From positions 1 through 64,000 of the IMG/VR virus record IMGVR_UViG_3300050821_001527: DNA of 64,000 nt; one strand, written 5' to 3'. The notes under the pieces were generated by a model. That model was not told the DNA's origin. It saw only the letters and a list, made by a program, of their open reading frames with translations, and ran no database searches. A program made the translations under genes and the position numbers. This document shows, piece by piece, positions 15,486 through 23,023 of this stretch (positions are counted from its first letter, which is position 1; each line of letters starts with the position of its first letter). The DNA comes from a virus (taxonomy: Duplodnaviria > Caudoviricetes).

Positions 15486-15550
15486 TAAGTCGTTGTGGCT
15501 CAGGCACTTGCGCGGGGGCACCGCGTAACTCGTTGATAATCAACAGGTTA
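15486..15550. repeat. double-dyad element, copy 9
   Basis: TAAGTCGTTGTGGCTCAGGCACTTG-cgcgggggcaccgcg-TAACTCGTTGATAATCAACAGGTTA (25+15+25); supplies the stop of 15548..15715. Confidence 0.92.
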
Positions 15551-15715
15551 CAGATTACAGAAGTGTTCGGGGAACTGGCTTTCAATTTGAAACCTCGCCG
15601 CATCCCTAGCCAAGAAACCGGGGCGGGCCTGAGCGCGGGGATGTTGCATGTAGTAGTTGATTTCACGGCGCACACGGCGCACGAAACGAATTTGCGATGA
15701 TGTTGGGCGGTTCAT
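15548..15715 (-). CDS. hypothetical protein (55 aa, not in track)
   Basis: MNRPTSSQIRFVRRVRREINYY...HFCNL. Confidence 0.55.
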   Translation of the reverse strand: MNRPTSSQIRFVRRVRREINYYMQHPRAQARPGFLARDAARFQIESQFPEHFCNL

Positions 15716-15719
15716 AGGA

Positions 15720-15962
15720 TTACGCGGCGAAGGGATTGGGGATTGCCTGCAATTTCTGTTCCAGTTTCCAGATGGTTTTGCGGGTCTTGTTTATCTTCTT
15801 GCGGTTGGGCTTGTCGTCACCCAACATCCAGCGCAGATTGTTTTGCGCCCATGTGATTGCGAAACCCAGTTTCTTGCGGGCTTCCGTCAATTCCAGTATC
15901 CGCATGGTTGCGGGGCTTGGCGCGTAGTGAAAGGTCGAATCGGTAAAGGGGTCGCGTTTCAT
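15720..15962 (-). CDS. hypothetical basic protein
   Basis: 80 aa. Confidence 0.6.
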   Translation of the reverse strand: MKRDPFTDSTFHYAPSPATMRILELTEARKKLGFAITWAQNNLRWMLGDDKPNRKKINKTRKTIWKLEQKLQAIPNPFAA

Positions 15963-15970
15963 GTGATTGA

Positions 15971-16180
15971 TTAGTTGAGTCCGCAGGCCGCGAAAAAACG
16001 AGCTTTGTTAAAACGGGGGTTGTCGGCAAGGGCGACTTTCGCAACCATTTCGGCGGCGAATCGGGCGTTGTCGTCCGCAATGTTCATGTCAATGGTTTTG
16101 ATGCCACCGGGAGCGGGTTGGGCCGCGTCAACTTGCGCTTTGATAATCCGGGCGAATTCGATGAAATGTTTCTTTGTCAT
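15971..16180 (-). CDS. conserved phage hypothetical protein
   Basis: MTKKHFIEFARII...DNPRFNKARFFAACG; start set by the promoter 6 nt upstream. Confidence 0.7.
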   Translation of the reverse strand: MTKKHFIEFARIIKAQVDAAQPAPGGIKTIDMNIADDNARFAAEMVAKVALADNPRFNKARFFAACGLN

Positions 16181-16211
16181 GGTGATAATGTAGTTGATTA
16201 TTGGTTGCGTG

Positions 16212-16424
16212 TCAAGGTTTATTTTCTTCGATTTTTTCAACCATTACCCAGCTTGTGTTTTCCAGCGCGGCGTTAATGTCGTTCAAGCGCGATTGGTGCA
16301 GGGTAGCAAGGATATTGAGATTAGAAGCCTTGCAATCGTTCACTACCCCTTCGCACTCGCATTGCGCGATGATTAGGGCGGAACGGATTTGCCGGAACTG
16401 GTCTTCTGTCATCTGAATTTTCAT
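16212..16424 (-). CDS. hypothetical protein
   Basis: 70 aa, own promoter. Confidence 0.6.
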   Translation of the reverse strand: MKIQMTEDQFRQIRSALIIAQCECEGVVNDCKASNLNILATLHQSRLNDINAALENTSWVMVEKIEENKP

Positions 16425-16462
16425 GCCTCAAGTATCGGTTAAAAAAATGCGGTTGTCAAGGT

Positions 16463-16657
16463 TTATTTCACGTAGTATTCGCTAATGAATTCCCCGTCGC
16501 ATTCAACGCGGGAACCACAGCCCCAGCCCAAAAGCTTATAGGCCATTCCCAGCGCGGCATTCAAAGCACTCCGCACGGGGCAAGCGGTTTCGGCGAACTC
16601 GGAAGCGGAAAACTCGAAAACTTGGCTTTTGCTTATTACTTTGTAAGTCTTATTCAT
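16463..16657 (-). CDS. hypothetical protein
   Basis: 64 aa, own promoter. Confidence 0.6.
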   Translation of the reverse strand: MNKTYKVISKSQVFEFSASEFAETACPVRSALNAALGMAYKLLGWGCGSRVECDGEFISEYYVK

Positions 16658-16725
16658 GGTCTAAATCTAGTCCTTTTTGGGATAATGTCAAGGATTATTT
16701 TTGCGATTTATTACGATTTTTGCGT

Positions 16726-16741
16726 AGCAAGTTACGTGCCA
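16726..16741 (-). promoter_or_regulatory. sigma54-type -24/-12 motif
   Basis: TGGCACGTAACTTGCT, full consensus, 4 bp from element 10. Confidence 0.75.
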
Positions 16742-16745
16742 TGCG

Positions 16746-16810
16746 TAAGTGCCTGATTATCAACGGGTTGCGCGGGCCGTCCGCGTAAGTGCCTCTGTCA
16801 CAAGCACTTA
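16746..16810. repeat. double-dyad element, copy 10
   Basis: TAAGTGCCTGATTATCAACGGGTTG-cgcgggccgtccgcg-TAAGTGCCTCTGTCACAAGCACTTA (25+15+25). Confidence 0.92.
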
Positions 16811-16820
16811 CACTGGCGAT

Positions 16821-17084
16821 TTACCAGATGCCATCCAAGGCGCGTTCCTGCGCGGAAACCCCGTAGTAATCCCCATCACCCTGCGGGCCACAGCACCCAC
16901 AGCAGGGCGCGTCCTCACAGCGGCCAGTCCTGCGCTTATGCTCCGTGCGCCAGTCGTCGGCCTTGGCGGGCTTGGGTATGCCTGTAACACAGGTCTTGCA
17001 GCGGCCACCATGCTGGCGGGCATAGGTGCGTGATGTGAGTGCGCCACAGGCGCAACGTATGGTGAATTGACGATAATTACTCAT
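16821..17084 (-). CDS. Cys-rich hypothetical protein (CEDAPCCGCC motif)
   Basis: MSNYRQFTIRCACG..CKTC..RCEDAPCCGCCG; start reassigned from the track's 17168. Confidence 0.7.
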   Translation of the reverse strand: MSNYRQFTIRCACGALTSRTYARQHGGRCKTCVTGIPKPAKADDWRTEHKRRTGRCEDAPCCGCCGPQGDGDYYGVSAQERALDGIW

Positions 17085-17244
17085 TGCAGTAGTCGTTGGC
17101 TTCGTTCTGGTTGTAATCGGCGAGGTCATCCGAACCGTCACCACAGCCGGGGAAGCCAGCGCCATCATAGGGCTGTTCTTCGGGCGTGACGTGTGCGAGC
17201 CGGTGTTCGGGGTTCTGCGGGTCTAAGTCAGAGTTATTGTTCAT
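17077..17244 (-). CDS. highly acidic 55-aa peptide (not in track)
   Basis: MNNNSDLDPQNPEHRLAHVTPEEQPYDGAGFPGCGDGSDDLADYNQNEANDYCNE, 13 D/E versus 1 R; own promoter. Confidence 0.65.
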   Translation of the reverse strand: MNNNSDLDPQNPEHRLAHVTPEEQPYDGAGFPGCGDGSDDLADYNQNEANDYCNE

Positions 17245-17307
17245 GGGTATAGAGTAGCACGTATGGCTAACGTGTCAACAAGTATATTTGCATCCCAATC
17301 ATCACAT

Positions 17308-17469
17308 TGGCACGATGTATGCTATGCGTATTGGCGTGTGTAAGTCGTTGTGTATCAACGGGTTGCGCGGGGGAGCCGCGTAAGTGCTTGGTAATCAACG
17401 ACTTATGACTCGTATCACAGCAGGATGTATGCCAACCACGCTCCGAACGCGATTGGCACACTATATGCT
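17308..17469. promoter_or_regulatory. three sigma54-type -24/-12 motifs flanking element 11
   Basis: TGGCACGATGTATGCT (+, 17308-17323), TGGCATACATCCTGCT (-, 17434-17419), TGGCACACTATATGCT (+, 17454-17469). Confidence 0.68.
17341..17405. repeat. double-dyad element, copy 11
   Basis: TAAGTCGTTGTGTATCAACGGGTTG-cgcgggggagccgcg-TAAGTGCTTGGTAATCAACGACTTA (25+15+25). Confidence 0.92.
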
Positions 17470-17636
17470 TACTCAACCATCGTCAGGTTGGACGTTGCAA
17501 CGCGCTTCTGTTGTCCGTCAGGCAGTAAGATGGTAGATTGACCGTTGCGCGAATGGGCAACCACGACAACCAAGATTTCAACGGCCAGCTTGCCCGCCTT
17601 GTAGTTCGCCATTCCTTGTATGTGGTTCATGGTCAT
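17469..17636 (-). CDS. hypothetical protein (55 aa, not in track)
   Basis: MTMNHIQGMANYKAGKLAVEILVV... Confidence 0.5.
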   Translation of the reverse strand: MTMNHIQGMANYKAGKLAVEILVVVVAHSRNGQSTILLPDGQQKRVATSNLTMVE

Positions 17637-17640
17637 GGTG

Positions 17641-18075
17641 TTAGTCCAGTGAACGGCCAGCTTTGCCGTCCGTCACATAGAACGGCTCGCCAGTCATGGG
17701 TTTAATGTCAATCCTGTCCGCATTGTGGAAAGCCGCGAACGTCAACGCCGCTTGGCGATGCTCGAAAGACTGCATTGTCTGGACGGGATTGGGCAAACCG
17801 TATTCCGTCCATTGGCTCAGGTTCGCATAACGATTAACGCACACATGCCACACGTTGCCGATGCACTCGGTAACGTTCGCACGGGTTTGACCAGCAACGC
17901 CCGCTTGGGGATTGCTCCAAACATACTCACCCGTTGCGGTGGTGATGACAACCGCCACGCCCCGCTTGTCGCACTTCTCCGCAAACTTCATGGCCGCGTT
18001 CAAGCTCTCGCGGGGAGTGGGGGCGATAAACTCCAATTCAATCCCTTTCGTGGTTGCAATGTAATTCTTATTCAT
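17641..18075 (-). CDS. hypothetical protein (first gene of the leftward early block)
   Basis: MNKNYIATTKG...; promoter TTGCCA-N16-TATCTT 6 nt upstream. Confidence 0.65.
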   Translation of the reverse strand: MNKNYIATTKGIELEFIAPTPRESLNAAMKFAEKCDKRGVAVVITTATGEYVWSNPQAGVAGQTRANVTECIGNVWHVCVNRYANLSQWTEYGLPNPVQTMQSFEHRQAALTFAAFHNADRIDIKPMTGEPFYVTDGKAGRSLD

Positions 18076-18125
18076 GGATACAAGATAGCACACGCAAGGG
18101 GCATGGCAAGGGATTTCTTCAACTA

Positions 18126-18150
18126 TCTTCTGTTGATAATCAACGATTTA
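18126..18150. repeat. single arm (half copy) of the double-dyad element
   Basis: TCTTCTGTTGATAATCAACGATTTA. Confidence 0.6.
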
Positions 18151-18576
18151 CAGACCCCCTACCCTATTAACGGAAAAAAAACCATTTCGGGACGCGCAAA
18201 AGGGCTGGGGGGTGGTTAATACATAACGTCACCCCTTAAAATAACCAACCCTTTCTGAAATCTACCCCCTCCAATCCTCTCCCCTAATCATCTTGCCTCC
18301 CTGATGCTTCTCTTGACCCCTGAAAAATACGGGCGGGTATGTTTTCTCCGGGTAATTTGTTGAAATCGCGGGCTTCCGGCAGTTTCCGGCAATGAATTTC
18401 ACCCAAAACCCCAACAATATTGGCTTTCCATCACTCTTTCCGGCAGAATCCGGCAAGTCGAATGAGCGCCGGATGTTTCCAGATGGTGCCGGATACTATA
18501 AAATTCGATTTATTGATTAAAATATCACCCTCCCGAACAAAAACTTGTTGAAATCAGTCTCCCTCCTAGTATAAGT

Positions 18577-18831
18577 ATGGCCGAAGTCACGAAAACTTGC
18601 AACTCTTGTTTCCAACCCAAGCCCCTTTCCGAGTTCAGTCATCAAAAGGGAACGCCTGACGGTTTGAAATATCGCTGCAAGACGTGCGACAAACGCTACT
18701 ACGACTCTTACTACGCAAAACAATCGGCCCATATCATGTCAACCGTTCGAGCGTGGCAGCAAAAGAATCCCGATGATGTCTCAAGGCACAAAGCCAACTA
18801 TCGTCGCAAGCAATCCCAGAAAAAAGTGTAA
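18577..18831 (+). CDS. Zn-finger fragment of HNH endonuclease type (no nuclease domain)
   Basis: KTCNSCFQPKPLSEF..DGLKYRCKTC, like the N-terminus of 4141..4767. Confidence 0.6.
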   Translation: MAEVTKTCNSCFQPKPLSEFSHQKGTPDGLKYRCKTCDKRYYDSYYAKQSAHIMSTVRAWQQKNPDDVSRHKANYRRKQSQKKV

Positions 18832-18832
18832 T
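18826..18832 (+). promoter_or_regulatory. putative late promoter motif GTGTAAT
   Basis: 8 nt before ATG 18841. Confidence 0.6.
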
Positions 18833-18840
18833 TATCGAAT

Positions 18841-21800
18841 ATGAGGCTCTTAGCAAATTTCGGCAAAAAGGTTTTTAGTGTTCTGGCAATGGTTATGTTG
18901 CTGGCTATCTCCGTTCAAGCTGGCCCTTGGTCTTCTTATCCAACTTACAGCAACCCTGATGGGTCTGACACCTTCTTGGTGCAAGGCTCAGGGACAATGA
19001 AGCAGATAACGGCTGCGAATATGGCCGCTTGGTTTGGGACTCAACTCATCGGCGTTGACCCAAGCAATGTTAAAAACGGCACCCATAACTCGATTACCGG
19101 GGGCTATGGCAACACCACTTACAACGACAATACGGTCATTGCGGCTGGTTTGAACAATACCGCCAATGGTGCGGGTGACTTTATTGGCGGCGGCTATAAC
19201 AATACCACAACCGGAGACAATGCCTCAGTTGTAGGCGGCACTCAAAATACAGCAAGCAATCCGGGTTCCGTGGTTGGCGGGGGATGGCTCAACGTTGTCG
19301 TAGGAAACAATGGCGGTGTATTTGCCGGTTACAACAACCAAACAGCGAATAATTCTGACGCTTCCGTGATTGTTGGTGGGGCCGGAAACTACATTTACGG
19401 TTCGGTCAATTCTGCGATTTTGGCCGGTTTTGAGAATGAAGTGGATACCTTGGGAAGCGTCATCCTCGGAGGCGATGGGAATTTTGTTGCTGGAAACAAC
19501 GCTGGGATTGGAATTGGGTTTGACAACTCAACCCGTGGAGATTCTTCCTTCGTTGCCGGTGGCGAACAGAATATTATTGACGGCAGTTCTCCGTCAGCTT
19601 TCATCGGAGGGGGCGTCGGGAATCAGATTACCGACGATGGGATAGATTCTTTCGTTGGGGGCGGCTATCAAAATACCGTTAAATCAGTCGCCAGCAGTAT
19701 CGTAAATGGGTCGCAGAACACCATTGATGTATCTTCTATCAATTCGTTCATTGGCGGCGGGCAAGGCAATGATATTCGTGGCAACCACGCGGGCGACTCT
19801 ATCGTCGGCGGCTTAAACAATTATATCCAGCAAAACTCGGGTAGTTCCCCCGACAATGCCTTCATCGGGGGCGGCGATAACAATGGTGCGGAAAATCAAA
19901 ACGTCGGTATTGTCGCGGGTATTAATAATACGGCGTCGGGTGTCAGTTCAATCATCGGGGGCGGAACAGTCAATACCATCAACACTTCTTCCGATAACGC
20001 AGGCATCTTGGCTGGATATAGCAATGAAATTGGGGATTCCAGTGCTAATTCAGACTCGTCCTTCATCGGCTCTGGTTCGCAAAACACCATTCGTTCTCAA
20101 AACGCCGGTATAGGTTCCGGCGTCCAAAACGAAGTATATCCCAACGCCGATGGTTCTTTCATTGGAGCCGGTAATGTCAACTCCATCCAAAACGGCGTCA
20201 ATCAATTCATCGGCGGCGGCTCAGGCAATTTGGCTCATAATGATGATGCCACCGTGGTTGCGGGTCTTAACAACTCAACCTATGGAAAAAGCAGCTTCAT
20301 CGGTGGCGGCGTCCAGAACCAAATTCAAAACGACTCTGAAAATGCCGTTATCGTCGGAGGATATGGAAACACTCTTGGTCAGGATGGGGCATGTGATAGT
20401 TCAATCATTGGAGCCGGAACAGCCAACAACCTTTCCAGCGGTTCTATCAACAGTGCAATTATGGCTGGATGGAACAATACCCTTTCCGGCGTCGGAGCTT
20501 TCATTGGAGCCGGAGGAAGCCACTCTATCTATGGTAATGGTAGTTTTGTCGGTGCCGGATGGGACAACGTTGTCGAAGCCGATAACAGCAGCATTGTGGC
20601 GGGTTACGGCAACCTGATTACTACTGGTGTGAATGGTGCCATCTTAGCTGGTAAGCAGAATAACATCTACAGCGGAGACAACGACATTATCGCAGGCGGC
20701 TTCGCCAACCAGATTAATAGCTCGTCCCCAAATGCGGGTATTTTCGTCGGCACCAATAACGTAATCAACAGTGGCTATAACGAAGCCATTTTGGGCGGAC
20801 ATGATAACACGGCGGCTGACGATTCAAGCTCGGTAGTTGGCGGAAGCTTTAACGTCGCGGAAGGCAATGCCGCCACAGTCTGCGGCGTATCCAACAGTGT
20901 CTATGGAGGAAGCTCCTTCGCCTCTGGTTACGGCAACGTTATTTCGAGCGACCATGTTCCGGGTTTTGGAAGTTCAAGTTCCATTTCGGGTAGCTCAAAC
21001 GTAATTGACGGAGCAAACTGCGTGGTAGAAGGAGCATTAAACTATGCAGGCGTCAACAACAACATTCACGTCGGCGGTTTGAACAGCGCAGGTTTTGGCG
21101 ACACTTCATTTGTGTTCGGCTATCAATCTTATTCTGATTTGGGCGCGACCAACGCTTTCGCCTTGGGAGTCCAAGCCTCGGCCTACAAGACCAATTCCTT
21201 TATTTGGGCTTCCCAGCCGGAAGAAAACTGGGACGAAAAATCGTTCAGAATCAACGCGAGCGTGGCTGATGTCGTCCTTAACAACGACTATCCCAGCCAT
21301 TCATCTTCAAGCCCCGAGTTTGATATTATGAGTGTGGGAAGGGCTAATGCCCAACCGACCTTAACCATTGGTCAGGGCGCTTCTCTAATGACCAGCTTCA
21401 CCATTTCAGGACTTGCTAACAGCTTGGCGGCTTACAACGGTGTTTATACGAACAATCAGTTGAGTGAATTTTCCCTTGTTGCTGATATGTCCTTCAATAT
21501 CTATTATCTAACCACGGATAGTTCCAAGACAATTAGTTGGACTGGCTCTGCTTGGATAGTGGGCGACGGAAGCTGTTTTGCGACATCTGGTTCGACTACT
21601 TTAAGCACCGTCAGAAACACGACGGATGATGGAGCGCATTGGGTTGACGATTGCAGCGGGGCGAATGGAGAAATTGTTCTGACTCCGGGCAGCTTCCACA
21701 CTTATCTATTAAGAAACTCAGACGGTTTGAATACTTCCATGTCGTTCAATTCTTCCACTCATTCCATTACGGCTAAGAACGGCGGTTCGGATACGGCGGT

Positions 21801-22101
21801 TAATTTCCCTTATGGGCAAATTAATTTGAATGGCTCGCCCTTTAAGGGATTCAATTCCGGTTCCGTTACTCACACAATCGCACCTGTATCCGCAAATTCC
21901 TGTAACGAATTTACCATGACGGTGACAGGAGTTGCCGCTGGCGACCCGGTAATGTTGGGACTCCCACCGGGTATTGAAAACGGTCTTTCTGTAACGGCCT
22001 ATGCTTCTGCAACGGATACTGTGACAATTAGAGCGTGTAACGTCACGCTGTTGACGATTACCCCCGCATCCCACGGTTTCACCGTCAAGAGCATTAAATA
22101 A
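18841..22101 (+). CDS. large Gly/Asn-repeat (adhesin-head / beta-helix-like) fibre protein with N-terminal signal peptide
   Basis: signal ...LLAISVQA|GP; about 45 GGxxN repeats; C-terminal TVTGVAAGDPV..TVTIRACNVT fibre-type domain. Confidence 0.7.
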   Translation: MRLLANFGKKVFSVLAMVMLLAISVQAGPWSSYPTYSNPDGSDTFLVQGSGTMKQITAANMAAWFGTQLIGVDPSNVKNGTHNSITGGYGNTTYNDNTVIAAGLNNTANGAGDFIGGGYNNTTTGDNASVVGGTQNTASNPGSVVGGGWLNVVVGNNGGVFAGYNNQTANNSDASVIVGGAGNYIYGSVNSAILAGFENEVDTLGSVILGGDGNFVAGNNAGIGIGFDNSTRGDSSFVAGGEQNIIDGSSPSAFIGGGVGNQITDDGIDSFVGGGYQNTVKSVASSIVNGSQNTIDVSSINSFIGGGQGNDIRGNHAGDSIVGGLNNYIQQNSGSSPDNAFIGGGDNNGAENQNVGIVAGINNTASGVSSIIGGGTVNTINTSSDNAGILAGYSNEIGDSSANSDSSFIGSGSQNTIRSQNAGIGSGVQNEVYPNADGSFIGAGNVNSIQNGVNQFIGGGSGNLAHNDDATVVAGLNNSTYGKSSFIGGGVQNQIQNDSENAVIVGGYGNTLGQDGACDSSIIGAGTANNLSSGSINSAIMAGWNNTLSGVGAFIGAGGSHSIYGNGSFVGAGWDNVVEADNSSIVAGYGNLITTGVNGAILAGKQNNIYSGDNDIIAGGFANQINSSSPNAGIFVGTNNVINSGYNEAILGGHDNTAADDSSSVVGGSFNVAEGNAATVCGVSNSVYGGSSFASGYGNVISSDHVPGFGSSSSISGSSNVIDGANCVVEGALNYAGVNNNIHVGGLNSAGFGDTSFVFGYQSYSDLGATNAFALGVQASAYKTNSFIWASQPEENWDEKSFRINASVADVVLNNDYPSHSSSSPEFDIMSVGRANAQPTLTIGQGASLMTSFTISGLANSLAAYNGVYTNNQLSEFSLVADMSFNIYYLTTDSSKTISWTGSAWIVGDGSCFATSGSTTLSTVRNTTDDGAHWVDDCSGANGEIVLTPGSFHTYLLRNSDGLNTSMSFNSSTHSITAKNGGSDTAVNFPYGQINLNGSPFKGFNSGSVTHTIAPVSANSCNEFTMTVTGVAAGDPVMLGLPPGIENGLSVTAYASATDTVTIRACNVTLLTITPASHGFTVKSIK

Positions 22102-22103
22102 TT

Positions 22104-22604
22104 ATGAAATACATCAAATGTCTCATTCTGTCCTTGCTTATCTGTCTGTCCGCTTCAGCGCAAAGCATTCGTGTGGATGCTGGTGCATGGAAGCCCCACA
22201 CCAATAGCCTCGGCCAAGTTTGGGTCAAGGATTCTGGTTTCGGCGGCGGCTCGGGCATGTATCGCGGCAAGATTTCCATTGCGGGCACCACTGACCCCAT
22301 CATCTACCGCACCGAACACTATAGCATGACCAACTGGATTGGCCATCTTCCAAATGGTAGCTATACGGCCCATCTCTACTTCGCGGAAACTTTTGAGGGC
22401 ATTACTAACTCCGGTATGCGCGTTTTCAGTGTAAATGTTAATGGAAGAACGTTGTCGCACTTGGATATTTATGCTTTGGCCGGTGGCCGAAACATTGCCC
22501 ATGTCGAAACGGTTCCGGTGACAGTTACTAACGGAGAGGTCAATATCCAGTTCGTTAAGGAAACTGAAAACCCGGAAATCAACGGAATCGAAATCACTAA
22601 ATAA
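22104..22604 (+). CDS. secreted malectin-domain (carbohydrate-binding) protein
   Basis: signal peptide; IRVDAG..DPIIYRTEHY..LPNGSYTAHLYFAET..RVFSVNVNG..LDIYALAGG..INGIEI. Confidence 0.85.
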   Translation: MKYIKCLILSLLICLSASAQSIRVDAGAWKPHTNSLGQVWVKDSGFGGGSGMYRGKISIAGTTDPIIYRTEHYSMTNWIGHLPNGSYTAHLYFAETFEGITNSGMRVFSVNVNGRTLSHLDIYALAGGRNIAHVETVPVTVTNGEVNIQFVKETENPEINGIEITK

Positions 22605-22606
22605 AT

Positions 22607-22984
22607 ATGAAACTAGCCAAAATTGTAATCGGTGTAGCTCTGGCGGCGGGCATTGCTGCCTCCCCATTGCTAATTGACAAGGCGGGTGGGCAGAACCTAA
22701 CGCCTGTGCCAAGCGGCCCTATTACGTGCGCCACGGTTCTTCCTACGCAAGAAGCCCAATCCATTCTGTCGAATGCGTCCATCCAAAATGGAACCATTCG
22801 CGTGGTTGGGACAAACGTTTGGATTGAAGGCCGCGCAAGAATCATCGTTCCACTGAGCCAGATTGGTTCATTGGCAAACATCAGCACTTGCACGGGAGCC
22901 TACACCACGAACCTAACGGGCGGCACCTTCACCCAAGTCACTAATGGCTGGGCGGTAACCGTTTCGTTCAATCCTGCTCATTAA
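22607..22984 (+). CDS. exported hypothetical protein
   Basis: MKLAKIVIGVALAAGIAA hydrophobic N-terminus; Thr/Asn-rich beta-type body. Confidence 0.7.
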   Translation: MKLAKIVIGVALAAGIAASPLLIDKAGGQNLTPVPSGPITCATVLPTQEAQSILSNASIQNGTIRVVGTNVWIEGRARIIVPLSQIGSLANISTCTGAYTTNLTGGTFTQVTNGWAVTVSFNPAH

Positions 22985-23023
22985 CCGGACATAGTGTGTA
23001 TTTGGGGATTATATCCCCTCCCT

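Larger units (their letters stand above)
6133..18110 (-). promoter_or_regulatory. dense series of more than 20 sigma70-type early promoters on the minus strand, roughly one per gene
   Basis: TTGAC(A/G)-N16/17-TAnnnT upstream of most minus-strand genes (e.g. -35 at + coordinates 6162, 6396, 7163, 9148, 9415), usually 6 nt from ATG. Confidence 0.8.

Noticed and set aside
4889-17405. CRISPR array
   Set aside because: Repeats are degenerate, 65-67 bp, and separated by 0.5-1.7 kb of genes; no cas genes.
4889-17405. Canonical integron attC sites
   Set aside because: Similar size and stop-codon overlap, but distal ends are mostly CTTA rather than GTTRRRY, units hold several promoter-bearing genes, and no integrase is in the window.
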